A stretch of 64,000 nucleotides of DNA from Candidatus Heimdallarchaeota archaeon (GTDB lineage: Archaea; Asgardarchaeota; Heimdallarchaeia; JABLTI01): contig JABCTZ010000006.1 in the NCBI GenBank assembly GCA_018238155.1, positions 32,001-96,000 on the forward strand. Direction: 5' to 3'. Below the pieces are notes generated by a model. The model was not told the DNA's origin and ran no database searches. It worked only from the letters and a program-made list of their open reading frames with translations. The position numbers and the translations under genes are program-made. Every line of letters starts with the position of its first letter. Positions within the stretch are counted from its first letter, which is position 1. This document shows, in pieces, positions 20,146 through 30,725 of this stretch.

Positions 20146-20892
20146 TCAATGATATTTAACATTTGAGCAATTGCTCTTAGATTTAATATTGAGCGTTTCA
20201 AAGAGCATTGAACCAATATCTATGAACAATAGGCTATTAATTAACAGTGGTTCTTCTTTTAGCATTACTCTAGTAGCTTCTGCAACTTGTAGGCTACCAA
20301 TTAACTGAATTATACTTGGATGAATACCTGTAATAGATGAAACTGGAAGTGTTTTATCATCAACATGACCAAATAAGCATTCAATACAAGTACTACCTCG
20401 AACAACAGTCATTGCATTCCCAGTTAAACCACTAACTGCACCAAAGAGGAAAGGTAAATCTTTTTCTAAACACTTTTTATTTATTGCAAATCTTGGTGTG
20501 AATCTATCTAAGGCATCAATAACAAAATCTACATTATCAGTCACAAGTTCAACATTTTTAGTAGTAATCTCTTCCTGAATGATTTTAATTTCAACATCAG
20601 GATTAAGATATTCTAAGAATTTTTTAGCTGCTTGTACTTTGGATTTGCCTACATCCTTTTCACGGTAAAGCATTTGTCTTTGCAAATTTGATAATTCAAC
20701 GACATCTTTGTCAATTAATCGCAAGTAACCTACTCCTAAAGCAGTAAGTTGAGTAGCAGTAACAGAACCTAGACCTCCTGCTCCAACAATAGAGACTCTA
20801 GCTCTTCGTATTTTTTTCATACCCTCAACACCAATTGACGGGAGAACAATAAAACGAGAATATCTGCCTGTAGTCAAGTCCTTTTCGTTCAA
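20146..20892 (-). CDS. ThiF/MoeB/E1-like adenylyltransferase
   Basis: RYSR, GAGGLGS, DKDVVELSNLQRQ, CIECLF. Confidence 0.9.
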   Translation of the reverse strand: MNEKDLTTGRYSRFIVLPSIGVEGMKKIRRARVSIVGAGGLGSVTATQLTALGVGYLRLIDKDVVELSNLQRQMLYREKDVGKSKVQAAKKFLEYLNPDVEIKIIQEEITTKNVELVTDNVDFVIDALDRFTPRFAINKKCLEKDLPFLFGAVSGLTGNAMTVVRGSTCIECLFGHVDDKTLPVSSITGIHPSIIQLIGSLQVAEATRVMLKEEPLLINSLLFIDIGSMLFETLNIKSKSNCSNVKYH

Positions 20893-20896
20893 AGTT

Positions 20897-21487
20897 TTAC
20901 TTCTCCTTTAGTAGCTCTTTTGCGAGCTTCTTGACTAAGTTAAATTCGTAATTGTCTACTTCTTTCTTGAAACTAATGAAAAAATCACTGAACATCTCTT
21001 TAGAGAGACCATTTTGAATATAATTATTCATCTGAAGGATAGTTTCCAGTCGATCTGCTTCAGAGACTATTCTTGCTTCAATAGATTTCTTATCTTGAAA
21101 CTCAGAGAAATATTCTTGCAGAATTTTTCCTTGCTCTGGTGGAAGTTTTTGAAATAATGAATTTGCTGCATTTTTGTCAAGGTCATGTTTGAAGGCATCG
21201 AATTTTTCTGGGGCGAATTTTCTTATACAACGGTTAATATCTTGAGATACACTTTCAGACAAGTCATGTATATGCGCCATGATTAATGCTTTTTCTAAAT
21301 TGATCTTTTTTCCATTAGCCTTTTCATCAAAACAGATTAACATAGTAATCATCGTTACAAACTGACTATGATCTGCAACACTTTCTACTTGTGATAGTGG
21401 AACACCAGAATATATCCATCCACTTCTGACTATTCGTTTCAAGCGGATAGATTCTTGTAAAAATGACAATAACTCTATTTCATGCAT
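20897..21487 (-). CDS. HD-domain hydrolase (YfbR/HDDC2-like)
   Basis: LKRIVRSGW, ESVADHS, HDLSE, ADRLE. Confidence 0.85.
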   Translation of the reverse strand: MHEIELLSFLQESIRLKRIVRSGWIYSGVPLSQVESVADHSQFVTMITMLICFDEKANGKKINLEKALIMAHIHDLSESVSQDINRCIRKFAPEKFDAFKHDLDKNAANSLFQKLPPEQGKILQEYFSEFQDKKSIEARIVSEADRLETILQMNNYIQNGLSKEMFSDFFISFKKEVDNYEFNLVKKLAKELLKEK

Positions 21488-21577
21488 TTGATATCACACA
21501 CATATACTAATTCATTTCAAATTAAAAATGATTGGCACTACTAATAAAAAAAGAGTTGGTTGGTTAATTGCTCCAAC

Positions 21578-22345
21578 CTAAGTATAAAAGGTGCTCTTTT
21601 TCCTTCCTTGTTGGGGCGATGCAGAAGACATTTCTTGTGTTTGATGAGCTAATTCTGAAAGTTTCTTTTTTATGGATTCAGATTGCTCAACCAAATTTTT
21701 GACTTGTACATCTAATTCTTTTAAATTATTGATAACCTTAATGAGCGCTGCAGCACCTCCCGGATCTGGGAGATTAGGTCTTGTACCTACAAGAAACGCA
21801 TATCCATCAACATCACTTATCATGGTTTTGTTCAAAATTGCTCCTGCAAATCCTTTAATAAATCCACTTTTCAGAGGGGGAATGTTCAATTTCTCAGCTT
21901 TGGCTTTAAGCTCTGGTTCTGCAACCATATACACTTTCCCTTCATCATTTTTATTGAGATAGCCGAATCCATCAAGGATAATAATTTCCTTTGCTCCATG
22001 TTTCTCTGTCCATTCCATAATAGTATTAGCAATGAAATAGGCAGCTTCCGGAGAGACAGCACTTTCACCAATGAATATTGCAATTTTCGAGCCTTTCTTT
22101 CCCATGATTCGATAAGGATGTCTTAGATACCCATCTAGGAAAACAGCTACAGGTGGTAATGCAACACCTTCTATAAAACCAATGGTTTCAAGGGCTAATT
22201 TTTTGCTTATATGTTGAGCAGCAATTGCTCCAGTTAACCCCATGCCCGGAAAACCAATAATAACTGTTTCTACATCAAAATCCGTTTTGCAGATACATCG
22301 AGCATACATCTCGGAATTATCAATTAAACTTCTATCATAACTCAT
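21578..22345 (-). CDS. Proteasome assembly chaperone PAC2 family (Pba-like) with C-terminal HbYX
   Basis: GFPGMGLTG, HPYRI, PDPGGAAALI; ends ...STFYT. Confidence 0.85.
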   Translation of the reverse strand: MSYDRSLIDNSEMYARCICKTDFDVETVIIGFPGMGLTGAIAAQHISKKLALETIGFIEGVALPPVAVFLDGYLRHPYRIMGKKGSKIAIFIGESAVSPEAAYFIANTIMEWTEKHGAKEIIILDGFGYLNKNDEGKVYMVAEPELKAKAEKLNIPPLKSGFIKGFAGAILNKTMISDVDGYAFLVGTRPNLPDPGGAAALIKVINNLKELDVQVKNLVEQSESIKKKLSELAHQTQEMSSASPQQGRKKSTFYT

Positions 22346-22542
22346 TGTTCATTTCTCCAAGTGTTTTTGAAAATAAATCTTCAAATTATATGTTGTAAAT
22401 ATATACTATCTTTTACCATTATTTAGACTTGTTGTTTTTTGTTTAGAAAAAACTTTATCAAAAGTAAACTTTTAATAAAAATATCAATATTAAAGCAAAT
22501 AAAGGGTCGGAAAAATACCTCCGACAAATCGTTGTTTGAAAA

Positions 22543-23466
22543 TTACTTTTTCTTCTTAACAACTTCAATCATTTTCTTAATATGTTTAGTAGAAGTTCCA
22601 CAGCACCCTCCAATAACTTCTACGCCAAGTTTTTGGATTTCTAGCATATCATTAGCAAACCTAGTTGGATCGATTGGGTAAAGATTTTTACCCGCGACAG
22701 TCAATGGTGCTCCTGCAGTAGGTTGTATGATAACTGGTTTCGTTGCAACCTTTTTGATTTCCTTAGCTAATCCTATCATTTCAAAACTACCAAGTGTGCA
22801 ACCACAACCAACAACATCTGCTCCTGCTTTTTCTAAGCGAGTAATGGATTCTTTCACTTCAACATTATCCAATGGTGTTCGATATCCTTCAGCAAACTTA
22901 TCAAAAGTCATTGCTACAATAATTGGTATATCACTCGCTTCTTTGGCACTCTTGATGGCTTCTTCTGCTTCTTCGATATAATACATTGTTTCGATACTAA
23001 ACAAATCTACACCACCTTTCACTAGAGCTTCGATTTGTTCATCAAAAGCTTCTCGGAACATTGATAATGTATAATCTCCACCATCACGTTCTAAAAGCAC
23101 TGCATTTGGTCCAACATTTCCGGCAACAAAACCATTTTTTGGGCAGACACTTCGAGCAATCTCTACTTGACGAGTGTTGATTTGTTGAATCTTTCCTTCA
23201 AGTTTTTTTCCTAAACCTATAATGGTTGCACCATATGTATTTGTATGGATGGCATCAACCCCTGCATCAAAATATGCTTTATGTATTTCTGCAATAATCT
23301 CAGAAAAGTAAGCTGAAAATCTTTCAGCAGAATCGCCTAGTACCAATCCTTTCTCAAGGAGCTCAGTTCCCATTGCCCCATCAAAGAAAACGGTTCGTTC
23401 TTTTATTAAATCAAGTATTGTTTTCTTCATACATTTCACCAAAACTATAACTTCTTTTTTTCCCAA
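22543..23466 (-). CDS. Homocysteine S-methyltransferase family protein
   Basis: DGAMGTEL, TNTYG, IETM, GGCCGT; likely start MKKTILD at 23430. Confidence 0.85.
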   Translation of the reverse strand: MGKKEVIVLVKCMKKTILDLIKERTVFFDGAMGTELLEKGLVLGDSAERFSAYFSEIIAEIHKAYFDAGVDAIHTNTYGATIIGLGKKLEGKIQQINTRQVEIARSVCPKNGFVAGNVGPNAVLLERDGGDYTLSMFREAFDEQIEALVKGGVDLFSIETMYYIEEAEEAIKSAKEASDIPIIVAMTFDKFAEGYRTPLDNVEVKESITRLEKAGADVVGCGCTLGSFEMIGLAKEIKKVATKPVIIQPTAGAPLTVAGKNLYPIDPTRFANDMLEIQKLGVEVIGGCCGTSTKHIKKMIEVVKKKK

Positions 23467-23591
23467 ATGCTAATAGTTTATAGTTTTAAAAAACGTTCCT
23501 CAAAGGCAATAGGTGGAGAGAAACAATCAAAACTTTGTTAAGGTGAAATATGTTCTATTCTTAGTAGTGAAAATTTACCTCTCAATCCAAG

Positions 23592-25706
23592 TTGATTGCA
23601 ATGAAGAAATTAGTTATTGGCATTGATATAGGTGGAACATTCACAGACATTATTATTCAAAACAAAGATTCTGGTAATATCATTAAACAGCTAAAGGTTG
23701 CAACGACAATCCAAAACCCTGAAGAGGCCATAATCACTAGCTTACATCAAGAACTAACTGATGAAGAAATAGATTTTGTTCAACAAATCTATCATGCTAC
23801 TACGATTGGAACAAATGCTTTTCTTGGTCAAGTAAATTTAGAATTACCTAAAACAGCATTGGTTACAACAAAAGGTTTTAGAGATGTGCTGGAAATTGGT
23901 CGACAAAGAAGATCTTCTCTTTATGACTTCTCTTTTGAGAGACCAAAACCCATTATTCCTAGACGTTTTAGATTTGAAATTAAAGAACGATTAAATCATA
24001 GAGGAGAAATAATCTCTCCCCTCGAATTTGGTGCTTTGCCAAAAATCAGTGCTTTTATCAAACGAGAAAAAATCAATAGTGTTGCAATTACTCTTCTCCA
24101 CTCATACAAGAATTCAATTCATGAACAAAAATTAAAAGAATACTTTGAAAAAAATCACAAAGAGATTTTTGTTTCAGCAAGTTTTGAAGTATCTCCCGAA
24201 CACAGAGAATTTGAACGAACAAGTACAACAGCAATAAATGCGATCTTAATGCCAATAGTTTCTAGATACATAAAGTCATTGGTTGAATCATTTACAGAAT
24301 TTGGTTTTAAAGCTCCATTGTTTATCATGCAGAGCAATGGTGGAGTAAGTAAATCGGATCAAATACAAAAATTACCTGTTAGTATAATTGAAAGTGGACC
24401 ATCTGCCGGTGTAGTTGCATCCCGATTTTATGCTGAATTCCTTGATCTTAATAGAGTACTTTCTTTTGATATGGGTGGAACAACTGCAAAAGCAGGTTCA
24501 ATAGTAGATAAAATAATCACTCTAACCTCTGAATATGAAGTGGGTGGTGATCTTCATAGCGGACGAATTACAAAAGGAAGTGGTTATCCTGCAAGATTTC
24601 CATTTATTGATCTAGCTGAAATTTCCTCTGGAGGGGGGTCAATTGCGTGGGTGGATGAAGGAAATGCTTTGCGCGTTGGTCCGATTAGCGCTGGGTCCGA
24701 TCCTGGTCCCGCTTGTTATAATCAAAATGGTGATGCACCCACAATTACTGATGCAAATCTAATTCTTGGTCGGTTAAATCCTGAAGGCTTACTTGATAAA
24801 ACATTTAAATTATATCCTGAATTTTCAAAGAAAAGTATCAAGAAGGAAATAGCATCGAAAATAGATTTGAGCATTACAGAAAGTGCTCTTGGAATCATTG
24901 AAATTGCAAACATAAATATGAGTCGTATTTTACGAATTGTAACAGTTGAACGTGGATTAGACCCAAGAGGTTTCATTTTAATTGCTTTTGGTGGTGCAGG
25001 ACCATTACATGCATGTGCCTTAGCGACTGAGCTTGAGATGACCCACATAATAATTCCAAATAATCCTGGATTTTTCTCAACAATGGGGTTACTCTTCACA
25101 GATGTTAAACATACAAACATCAAATCAATTAGAGAAAAGATATCGAATCTCGATTATCTGATGATTGAGAATGCATTTGAAAATTTGGAAGGAAAAGGAA
25201 CTGATGTTTTAAATGAGGAAGGTTTCCAAGAAACAGATATAGTTCATCAACGATTTGCGGAATTACGGTATGTAGAGCAAGGTTTTGAATTATTGGTTCC
25301 ACTTTCAGAAGTAAAATTAGTTGGTGATAATGTCTCCTCAAATATTAAGAGAATTTTTAATGAGAACCACAAAGTAAAATATGGCTACATAATGGAAAAT
25401 GAAGAAGTTGAAGTGGTTAATATAAGAGTAAATAGTCTTGGTTTAATCAAGAAACCTGTTCTAAAGCCTATCAAATCTGGAAAGAAAAAACCAATAAAAG
25501 AAGCTATTGTTGGTTATAGGCAAGTGTTTTTCAACAGAGAAAAGGAATTTACTCAAACACCGATTTATGATCGAACAAAACTTCAAGCAAAGAATGAAAT
25601 TACTGGTCCGGCTGTCATTGAACAATATGATACAACAACAGTTCTTCCTCAAAACTGGATAGCAAAAGTGGATGAATTTGGATTGCTTCATTTGTGGAGG
25701 GTGTGA
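23592..25706 (+). CDS. Hydantoinase/oxoprolinase subunit A
   Basis: IDIGGTFTD, ESGPSAG, DMGGTTAK, SAGSDPGPACY, FGGAGPLHA. Confidence 0.9.
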   Translation: MIAMKKLVIGIDIGGTFTDIIIQNKDSGNIIKQLKVATTIQNPEEAIITSLHQELTDEEIDFVQQIYHATTIGTNAFLGQVNLELPKTALVTTKGFRDVLEIGRQRRSSLYDFSFERPKPIIPRRFRFEIKERLNHRGEIISPLEFGALPKISAFIKREKINSVAITLLHSYKNSIHEQKLKEYFEKNHKEIFVSASFEVSPEHREFERTSTTAINAILMPIVSRYIKSLVESFTEFGFKAPLFIMQSNGGVSKSDQIQKLPVSIIESGPSAGVVASRFYAEFLDLNRVLSFDMGGTTAKAGSIVDKIITLTSEYEVGGDLHSGRITKGSGYPARFPFIDLAEISSGGGSIAWVDEGNALRVGPISAGSDPGPACYNQNGDAPTITDANLILGRLNPEGLLDKTFKLYPEFSKKSIKKEIASKIDLSITESALGIIEIANINMSRILRIVTVERGLDPRGFILIAFGGAGPLHACALATELEMTHIIIPNNPGFFSTMGLLFTDVKHTNIKSIREKISNLDYLMIENAFENLEGKGTDVLNEEGFQETDIVHQRFAELRYVEQGFELLVPLSEVKLVGDNVSSNIKRIFNENHKVKYGYIMENEEVEVVNIRVNSLGLIKKPVLKPIKSGKKKPIKEAIVGYRQVFFNREKEFTQTPIYDRTKLQAKNEITGPAVIEQYDTTTVLPQNWIAKVDEFGLLHLWRV

Positions 25707-27354
25707 TTCATTGAAAGAAAATCAAGTAGATGTTATTACTCGAGAAGTCATTCGTGGTGGATTAGAATTTATTGCAGAGGAAATGGGTATTATTTTGCGA
25801 AATGCTGCATATAGTACAAATATTAAGGAAAGAATGGATCACAGTTGCTCATTATTTGACTACAAAGGACGAATGTTAGCTCAAGCAGAGCATATACCTG
25901 TGCATCTCGGCGCTATGCCACTTGCTGTGAAGAGTGTTGTAACAACCTTTGAAGGAGAAATTAATCCCGGAGATTCATTTATTCTAAACGATCCATATTT
26001 AGGTGGAACTCACTTACCAGATATTACTATAGTTACACCAATCTTTTATCAAAAGGAATTGGTCGGCTATTCTGTAAATAGAGCACATCATAATGACATC
26101 GGTGGAATGGTTCCAGGATCAATGCCTGGAAATGCTACTGAAATTTTCCAAGAAGGCTTGAGGATTCCTCCTGTGAAAATAGTTCGAAAGGGGATTATTA
26201 ACAAGGATATTCTCGATATAATAATGATTAATTCCAGAACACCCAAGCTCCGTAAAGGTGATTTAATGGCTCAACTGTCTGCAAATTGGACTGGAGAGAA
26301 ACGATTAATAGAATTAATTCAAAGTAAAGGACTAAAAACATACAAATTAGCTGTTGATGAAATCTTGGATTATTCTGAAAGAAGATTTCTAGCTATTCTT
26401 GAAAACTTTCCCAACAAAGAAGCTGAAGGTATAGACTTCATGGATGACGATGGGATTAGTGATGAAAGAATCAAAATCGTCGTCAAAGTAAAGAAAACTA
26501 AAAACCATCTGACTTTTGATTTCACAGGCACTTCTAAACAAGTAAAAGGGGCTGTTAATTGCCCGTATGCTGTTACATTATCTGGTGCATATTTTGTATT
26601 ACGATCAATATCTGATCCTACAATACCTGCAAATGAAGGATTATATCGTCATTTAACAGTCATTATTCCGGAGGGATCAATTTTAAATGCTAAAACCCCT
26701 GCTGCAGTTGTTGGAGGAAATGTAGAAACATCTCAACGAATTGTCGATACTCTATTGAAAGCTTTTTCAAAGATAATTCCGGGTAAAATTCCTGCTGCAT
26801 CTCAAGGAACAATGAATAATCTCATTATTGGTGGGATGGATGCAAATAATCAACCATTTACTTTTTATGAAACAATAGGTGGTGGAAGCGGTGGCACTTC
26901 AAGTAAAGATGGAGTCGATGGAATTCATACCAATATGACTAATACTATGAATACACCAATCGAAGAAATCGAAGCAAGATATCCGCTAAAAGTTTTGGAG
27001 TATTCTTTGAGAAACAATAGCTCTGGAAAAGGCAAATATCGTGGTGGTATTGGGATAATCAGAACATTTCAAACGGAAGTTCCTGTTACAATTAGTCTTC
27101 TAGGTGAAAGGCAAAAAACTGCTCCTTGGGGGTTAGAAGGTGGAAAAGATGGAAAGCAAGGGGAATATTATAAAATCACAACAGCAAATAAAAAAGTAGT
27201 CTTACCAGGAAAAAGCACCTTTACATTGGAGGCAGGAGAGATAATCGTAATTGAAACACCAGGAGCAGGTGGTTACGGTGAACCACTGGAGAGAAGTGAA
27301 AAAAGAATAACTGATGATAAACTAGATGAGAAAGTTATTGAAAAAAAGACCTAA
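25672..27354 (+). CDS. Hydantoinase/oxoprolinase subunit B
   Basis: NIKERMDHSC, HIPVHLG, NDPYLGGTHLPD, AHHNDIGG, ETPGAGGYG; likely start TTG at 25711. Confidence 0.9.
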   Translation: MNLDCFICGGCDSLKENQVDVITREVIRGGLEFIAEEMGIILRNAAYSTNIKERMDHSCSLFDYKGRMLAQAEHIPVHLGAMPLAVKSVVTTFEGEINPGDSFILNDPYLGGTHLPDITIVTPIFYQKELVGYSVNRAHHNDIGGMVPGSMPGNATEIFQEGLRIPPVKIVRKGIINKDILDIIMINSRTPKLRKGDLMAQLSANWTGEKRLIELIQSKGLKTYKLAVDEILDYSERRFLAILENFPNKEAEGIDFMDDDGISDERIKIVVKVKKTKNHLTFDFTGTSKQVKGAVNCPYAVTLSGAYFVLRSISDPTIPANEGLYRHLTVIIPEGSILNAKTPAAVVGGNVETSQRIVDTLLKAFSKIIPGKIPAASQGTMNNLIIGGMDANNQPFTFYETIGGGSGGTSSKDGVDGIHTNMTNTMNTPIEEIEARYPLKVLEYSLRNNSSGKGKYRGGIGIIRTFQTEVPVTISLLGERQKTAPWGLEGGKDGKQGEYYKITTANKKVVLPGKSTFTLEAGEIIVIETPGAGGYGEPLERSEKRITDDKLDEKVIEKKT

Positions 27355-27463
27355 AAGCAACTTTTTATCAAAAAGTTCTAAATCATAAGACTTATTTTCT
27401 CATAACTGTCAAAATTGTGTAAGAAGCGTTTGAGTTTAGTGTTTCGTATTGGAGTAATGCATA

Positions 27464-29446
27464 GTGACCACGCCAGCTAAGGGGACGAAAGTAAAAATCA
27501 AAAAGACCTACAAGACCCACCCGAATCTTGATAGAATTCTTACAGATGGCAATTGGTACAGAAAACTCATTGAAACAATGGATGATGGGATTATTGCTAC
27601 AGATATGAATAGAAATATTATTTATGTTAATCCTGCTGTGTGTAAAAAATTGGGTTACACTGATGAAGAATTGCTTGGTATGAACTCTTTGGACATTGTT
27701 GTTGAAGAAGATCGCGATAGAGTCGCTCGAGAATCTGAAATACGTTTTAGTGAAAAAGTCTCTTCACAATATGAAATTACTTTCAAAACAAAAGTTGGTT
27801 CAAGATTACCAGTTCTTATTAGTGGCTCACCAATTTTGGATGAGAAGAATCAAACACTCGGGACTTACGCTTTAATTACAGATATCCGTGATAGAAAGGT
27901 TGTAGAAAAAGAGTTACGCGATAAGAATAATGAATTACAAACTCTTTATAATAATTTATTAGAACTATATCAACAGCTGGGTGCAATAATCGCTGAGACT
28001 ACAACAGTACCCTCAACAGAAATTTTACTTTTCACTTCCAAGCATTGTGTTTATTGTGCGCCTGCAGAAGAAGTTCTACAACAAGTACTTGCATCTTACG
28101 CCGGAAAAATTACTTACAGAAAAGTAGATATTGAAAAAGAACCTGAGCTTGCAGCTGAACATGATATTCTTTCCCTTCCTACAATAGTTATTGGAAAAGA
28201 ACAATTAACCTCTGTTCCAGATATCTATAAATTACATTCAGCTTTATTCAGTGCATTGGTACCTGAAGAAAAATTCAGAAGAACAAGACAAGAATTAGAT
28301 AATATTATCGACAATTCTCCGGTAGCTATTTTTACAATTAATTCTAAAGGAACGATTACTAAAAGCAATCCTCATGTTGGAATTATGACAGGTATGAAGA
28401 AACAAGATATTACAGGTCATAATGCTATAGAAGCAGATGACAATGAAGAAGAAATTTTCCCAAAATCACTAATCAAACTCTTTAAGAAAGGTCTAAAGGG
28501 CAAGAGAATCACTGAAAATCGTTTACGTATCAAAGATTATTCCTCTGAAAAAGCCGATCCATTTTCAATTGTAAGTTTCAAAGTAGTTCCTATGGCTACC
28601 AAGGAAGGAGATATAAACGAAATTCTTGTTTTATGTGAGGATGTTACTAAATTAGCTATGCAAGAAGAAGCCTTGAGTGAATCATATACAAAATTAGAAG
28701 AGCTGAATGACACGCTTTTACAATTAAATAAAGATAGATCAAATTTTGTTGAACTTACATCAACTAAACTTCTAGAGCCCTTAAGAAACTCGAGAGCGTT
28801 GATAGATACTATTCTCCGTGGGAAATTAGGTCTGTTGAGTGAAGAATTATTTGGAACAATGGAATTTTTAAGAAATAATTTGGATAAAGTATCCAAAAGC
28901 ATTTTCGGCATAATAGAATTTTCAAATATAGAAGCACAAGACTTTAGTTTGAAACTAAATGAAAATAATCTTAAGGAATTAATTTCACAAACAACCAGTT
29001 TAGTTGGGTCAGTAGGTATACAAAAGAGCTTTATTGGAACTGTAGATATTTCCAGCAAAGTAAACGTTTGGTGTGACTCCGAACAAATTATTCGTATTTT
29101 AAGAAACTTGATTTTGAATGCTATCCAATTCACACCATTGAATTGCACTATCCTCTTTACTGCTGAAGAAAAGAATGGTCTTGTTGCAGTTTCTGTGAAA
29201 GATAATGGTTTTGGTATTGCAAAGAAAGATCTCGAAATAATCTTTAATCAATATGTAAAAACCGACCCTCAAAGTCCTGGTTCGGGTTTAGGCTTATCTA
29301 TGGTAAGAAGTTTAGTAGAAGCTCATGGTGGAACCGTTAGAGCAAAATCTGAAGGTAAGAACAAAGGTTCAACATTCATATTTACTTTGCCGACCAATGA
29401 AGCATCATATGAAAAACTAATTTCTAAGAAAGAGAAATCAAAGTAA
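27464..29446 (+). CDS. PAS-thioredoxin-PAS sensor with HisKA/HATPase_c domains, H-box His missing
   Basis: PAS/PAC (YVNPA...DIRDRK), Trx CVYC and SLPT, second PAS, N-box NLILNAIQF, G1 DNGFGI, G2 GSGLGL. Confidence 0.85.
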   Translation: MTTPAKGTKVKIKKTYKTHPNLDRILTDGNWYRKLIETMDDGIIATDMNRNIIYVNPAVCKKLGYTDEELLGMNSLDIVVEEDRDRVARESEIRFSEKVSSQYEITFKTKVGSRLPVLISGSPILDEKNQTLGTYALITDIRDRKVVEKELRDKNNELQTLYNNLLELYQQLGAIIAETTTVPSTEILLFTSKHCVYCAPAEEVLQQVLASYAGKITYRKVDIEKEPELAAEHDILSLPTIVIGKEQLTSVPDIYKLHSALFSALVPEEKFRRTRQELDNIIDNSPVAIFTINSKGTITKSNPHVGIMTGMKKQDITGHNAIEADDNEEEIFPKSLIKLFKKGLKGKRITENRLRIKDYSSEKADPFSIVSFKVVPMATKEGDINEILVLCEDVTKLAMQEEALSESYTKLEELNDTLLQLNKDRSNFVELTSTKLLEPLRNSRALIDTILRGKLGLLSEELFGTMEFLRNNLDKVSKSIFGIIEFSNIEAQDFSLKLNENNLKELISQTTSLVGSVGIQKSFIGTVDISSKVNVWCDSEQIIRILRNLILNAIQFTPLNCTILFTAEEKNGLVAVSVKDNGFGIAKKDLEIIFNQYVKTDPQSPGSGLGLSMVRSLVEAHGGTVRAKSEGKNKGSTFIFTLPTNEASYEKLISKKEKSK

Positions 29447-29447
29447 T

Positions 29448-30662
29448 TTGTTGATTTTTTATGCCCACTTTGATTTGTTAGTCAGAAATGTTTTATACCT
29501 ACGTAATAATTGCAATAATGTGATTAAAATGCATTATCGTATGTTAGGTAAAACTGGACGAAAAGTATCAATACTTGGTTTTGGAGCAATGCGTTTGCCC
29601 ACAATAAAACCAGGAGAACAAGCAATCAAACATGATGAAGCAATAAACTTGATAAGAAGAAGCATTGATGCTGGTGTAAATTATGTTGACACAGCATATA
29701 ATTATCATAGTGATGAAAGCGAGCTTGTTGTAGCAAAGGCATTGAAAGACGGATATAGAGATAAAGTTACTCTCGCAACTAAAGCACCGATTTGGAAGAA
29801 AGAGTACGATAAAGAAGAAAGTTTTGATAAATATCTCAAAGAACAATTGAAGAAATTAGATGTTGAAACGATAGATGTGTATCTTTTCCATGCTCTAAAT
29901 GAAAAAACATGGAAGAAACTGAATGAAATAAAAGCAATTGAAAGTGCACAGAAAGCAAAAAAAGAAGGGAAAATAAATCACTTGGCTTTTTCATTTCATG
30001 ATAAACCAGAGCTTTTGAAAAAAATTATTGATTCTGATGCATTTGAGGTTATGTTGGTACAATACAACATTCTTGATACTGTAAATGAAGAAATGATCAA
30101 ATATGCATCTGAAAAAGGCATAGGTATAGTTATTATGGGACCCGTAGGTGGAGGTCGGCTTGCAGGTGAACCTCCTGAAGATCTAATAAAATATTTGTTA
30201 CCTGGAAAGAAAACTTTTGCTGATTTAGCTCTAAGGTATGTGTGGGCTAATAAATACGTTGATATTGCATTATCTGGAATGGGTTCAGACGAAATGCTAG
30301 ATGAAAACCTTTCATTGGCTTCTAATGAAGATTATACTTTGACTGATGTTCAAAAAGAAAAGGCGGATGAATTAGGTGTTGCATTCAAAAAACTGACAGA
30401 TAATCTCTGTACAAACTGTAAATATTGCATGCCATGCGAACAAGAAGTGAATATTGCTTTTATCTTTCAATCATTGATAAATTTCCAAGTTTATGGACAA
30501 GAAGATGCAGCTAAACGAAGATATAGTGCAATAGGCAAAGAAGATTGGGCTTCAGGAAAAAATACAGAAGCATGCACAGAATGCGGAGAATGTCTAGAAA
30601 AATGTCCACAGAAAATACCTATTATTGAACAATTAAAGAAATCACACAAAATTCTGACTTGA
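29448..30662 (+). CDS. Aldo/keto reductase with C-terminal 4Fe-4S domain
   Basis: LGFGAMRLP, YVDTAYNY, CTNCKYCMPC, CTECGECLEKCP; likely start MHYR at 29529. Confidence 0.9.
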   Translation: MLIFYAHFDLLVRNVLYLRNNCNNVIKMHYRMLGKTGRKVSILGFGAMRLPTIKPGEQAIKHDEAINLIRRSIDAGVNYVDTAYNYHSDESELVVAKALKDGYRDKVTLATKAPIWKKEYDKEESFDKYLKEQLKKLDVETIDVYLFHALNEKTWKKLNEIKAIESAQKAKKEGKINHLAFSFHDKPELLKKIIDSDAFEVMLVQYNILDTVNEEMIKYASEKGIGIVIMGPVGGGRLAGEPPEDLIKYLLPGKKTFADLALRYVWANKYVDIALSGMGSDEMLDENLSLASNEDYTLTDVQKEKADELGVAFKKLTDNLCTNCKYCMPCEQEVNIAFIFQSLINFQVYGQEDAAKRRYSAIGKEDWASGKNTEACTECGECLEKCPQKIPIIEQLKKSHKILT

Positions 30663-30725
30663 TAGAAGATACAATAATAATAGAAAAAATAGCAGTTGAA
30701 AAACTGCTTTTTACTTTCTTTTTTT

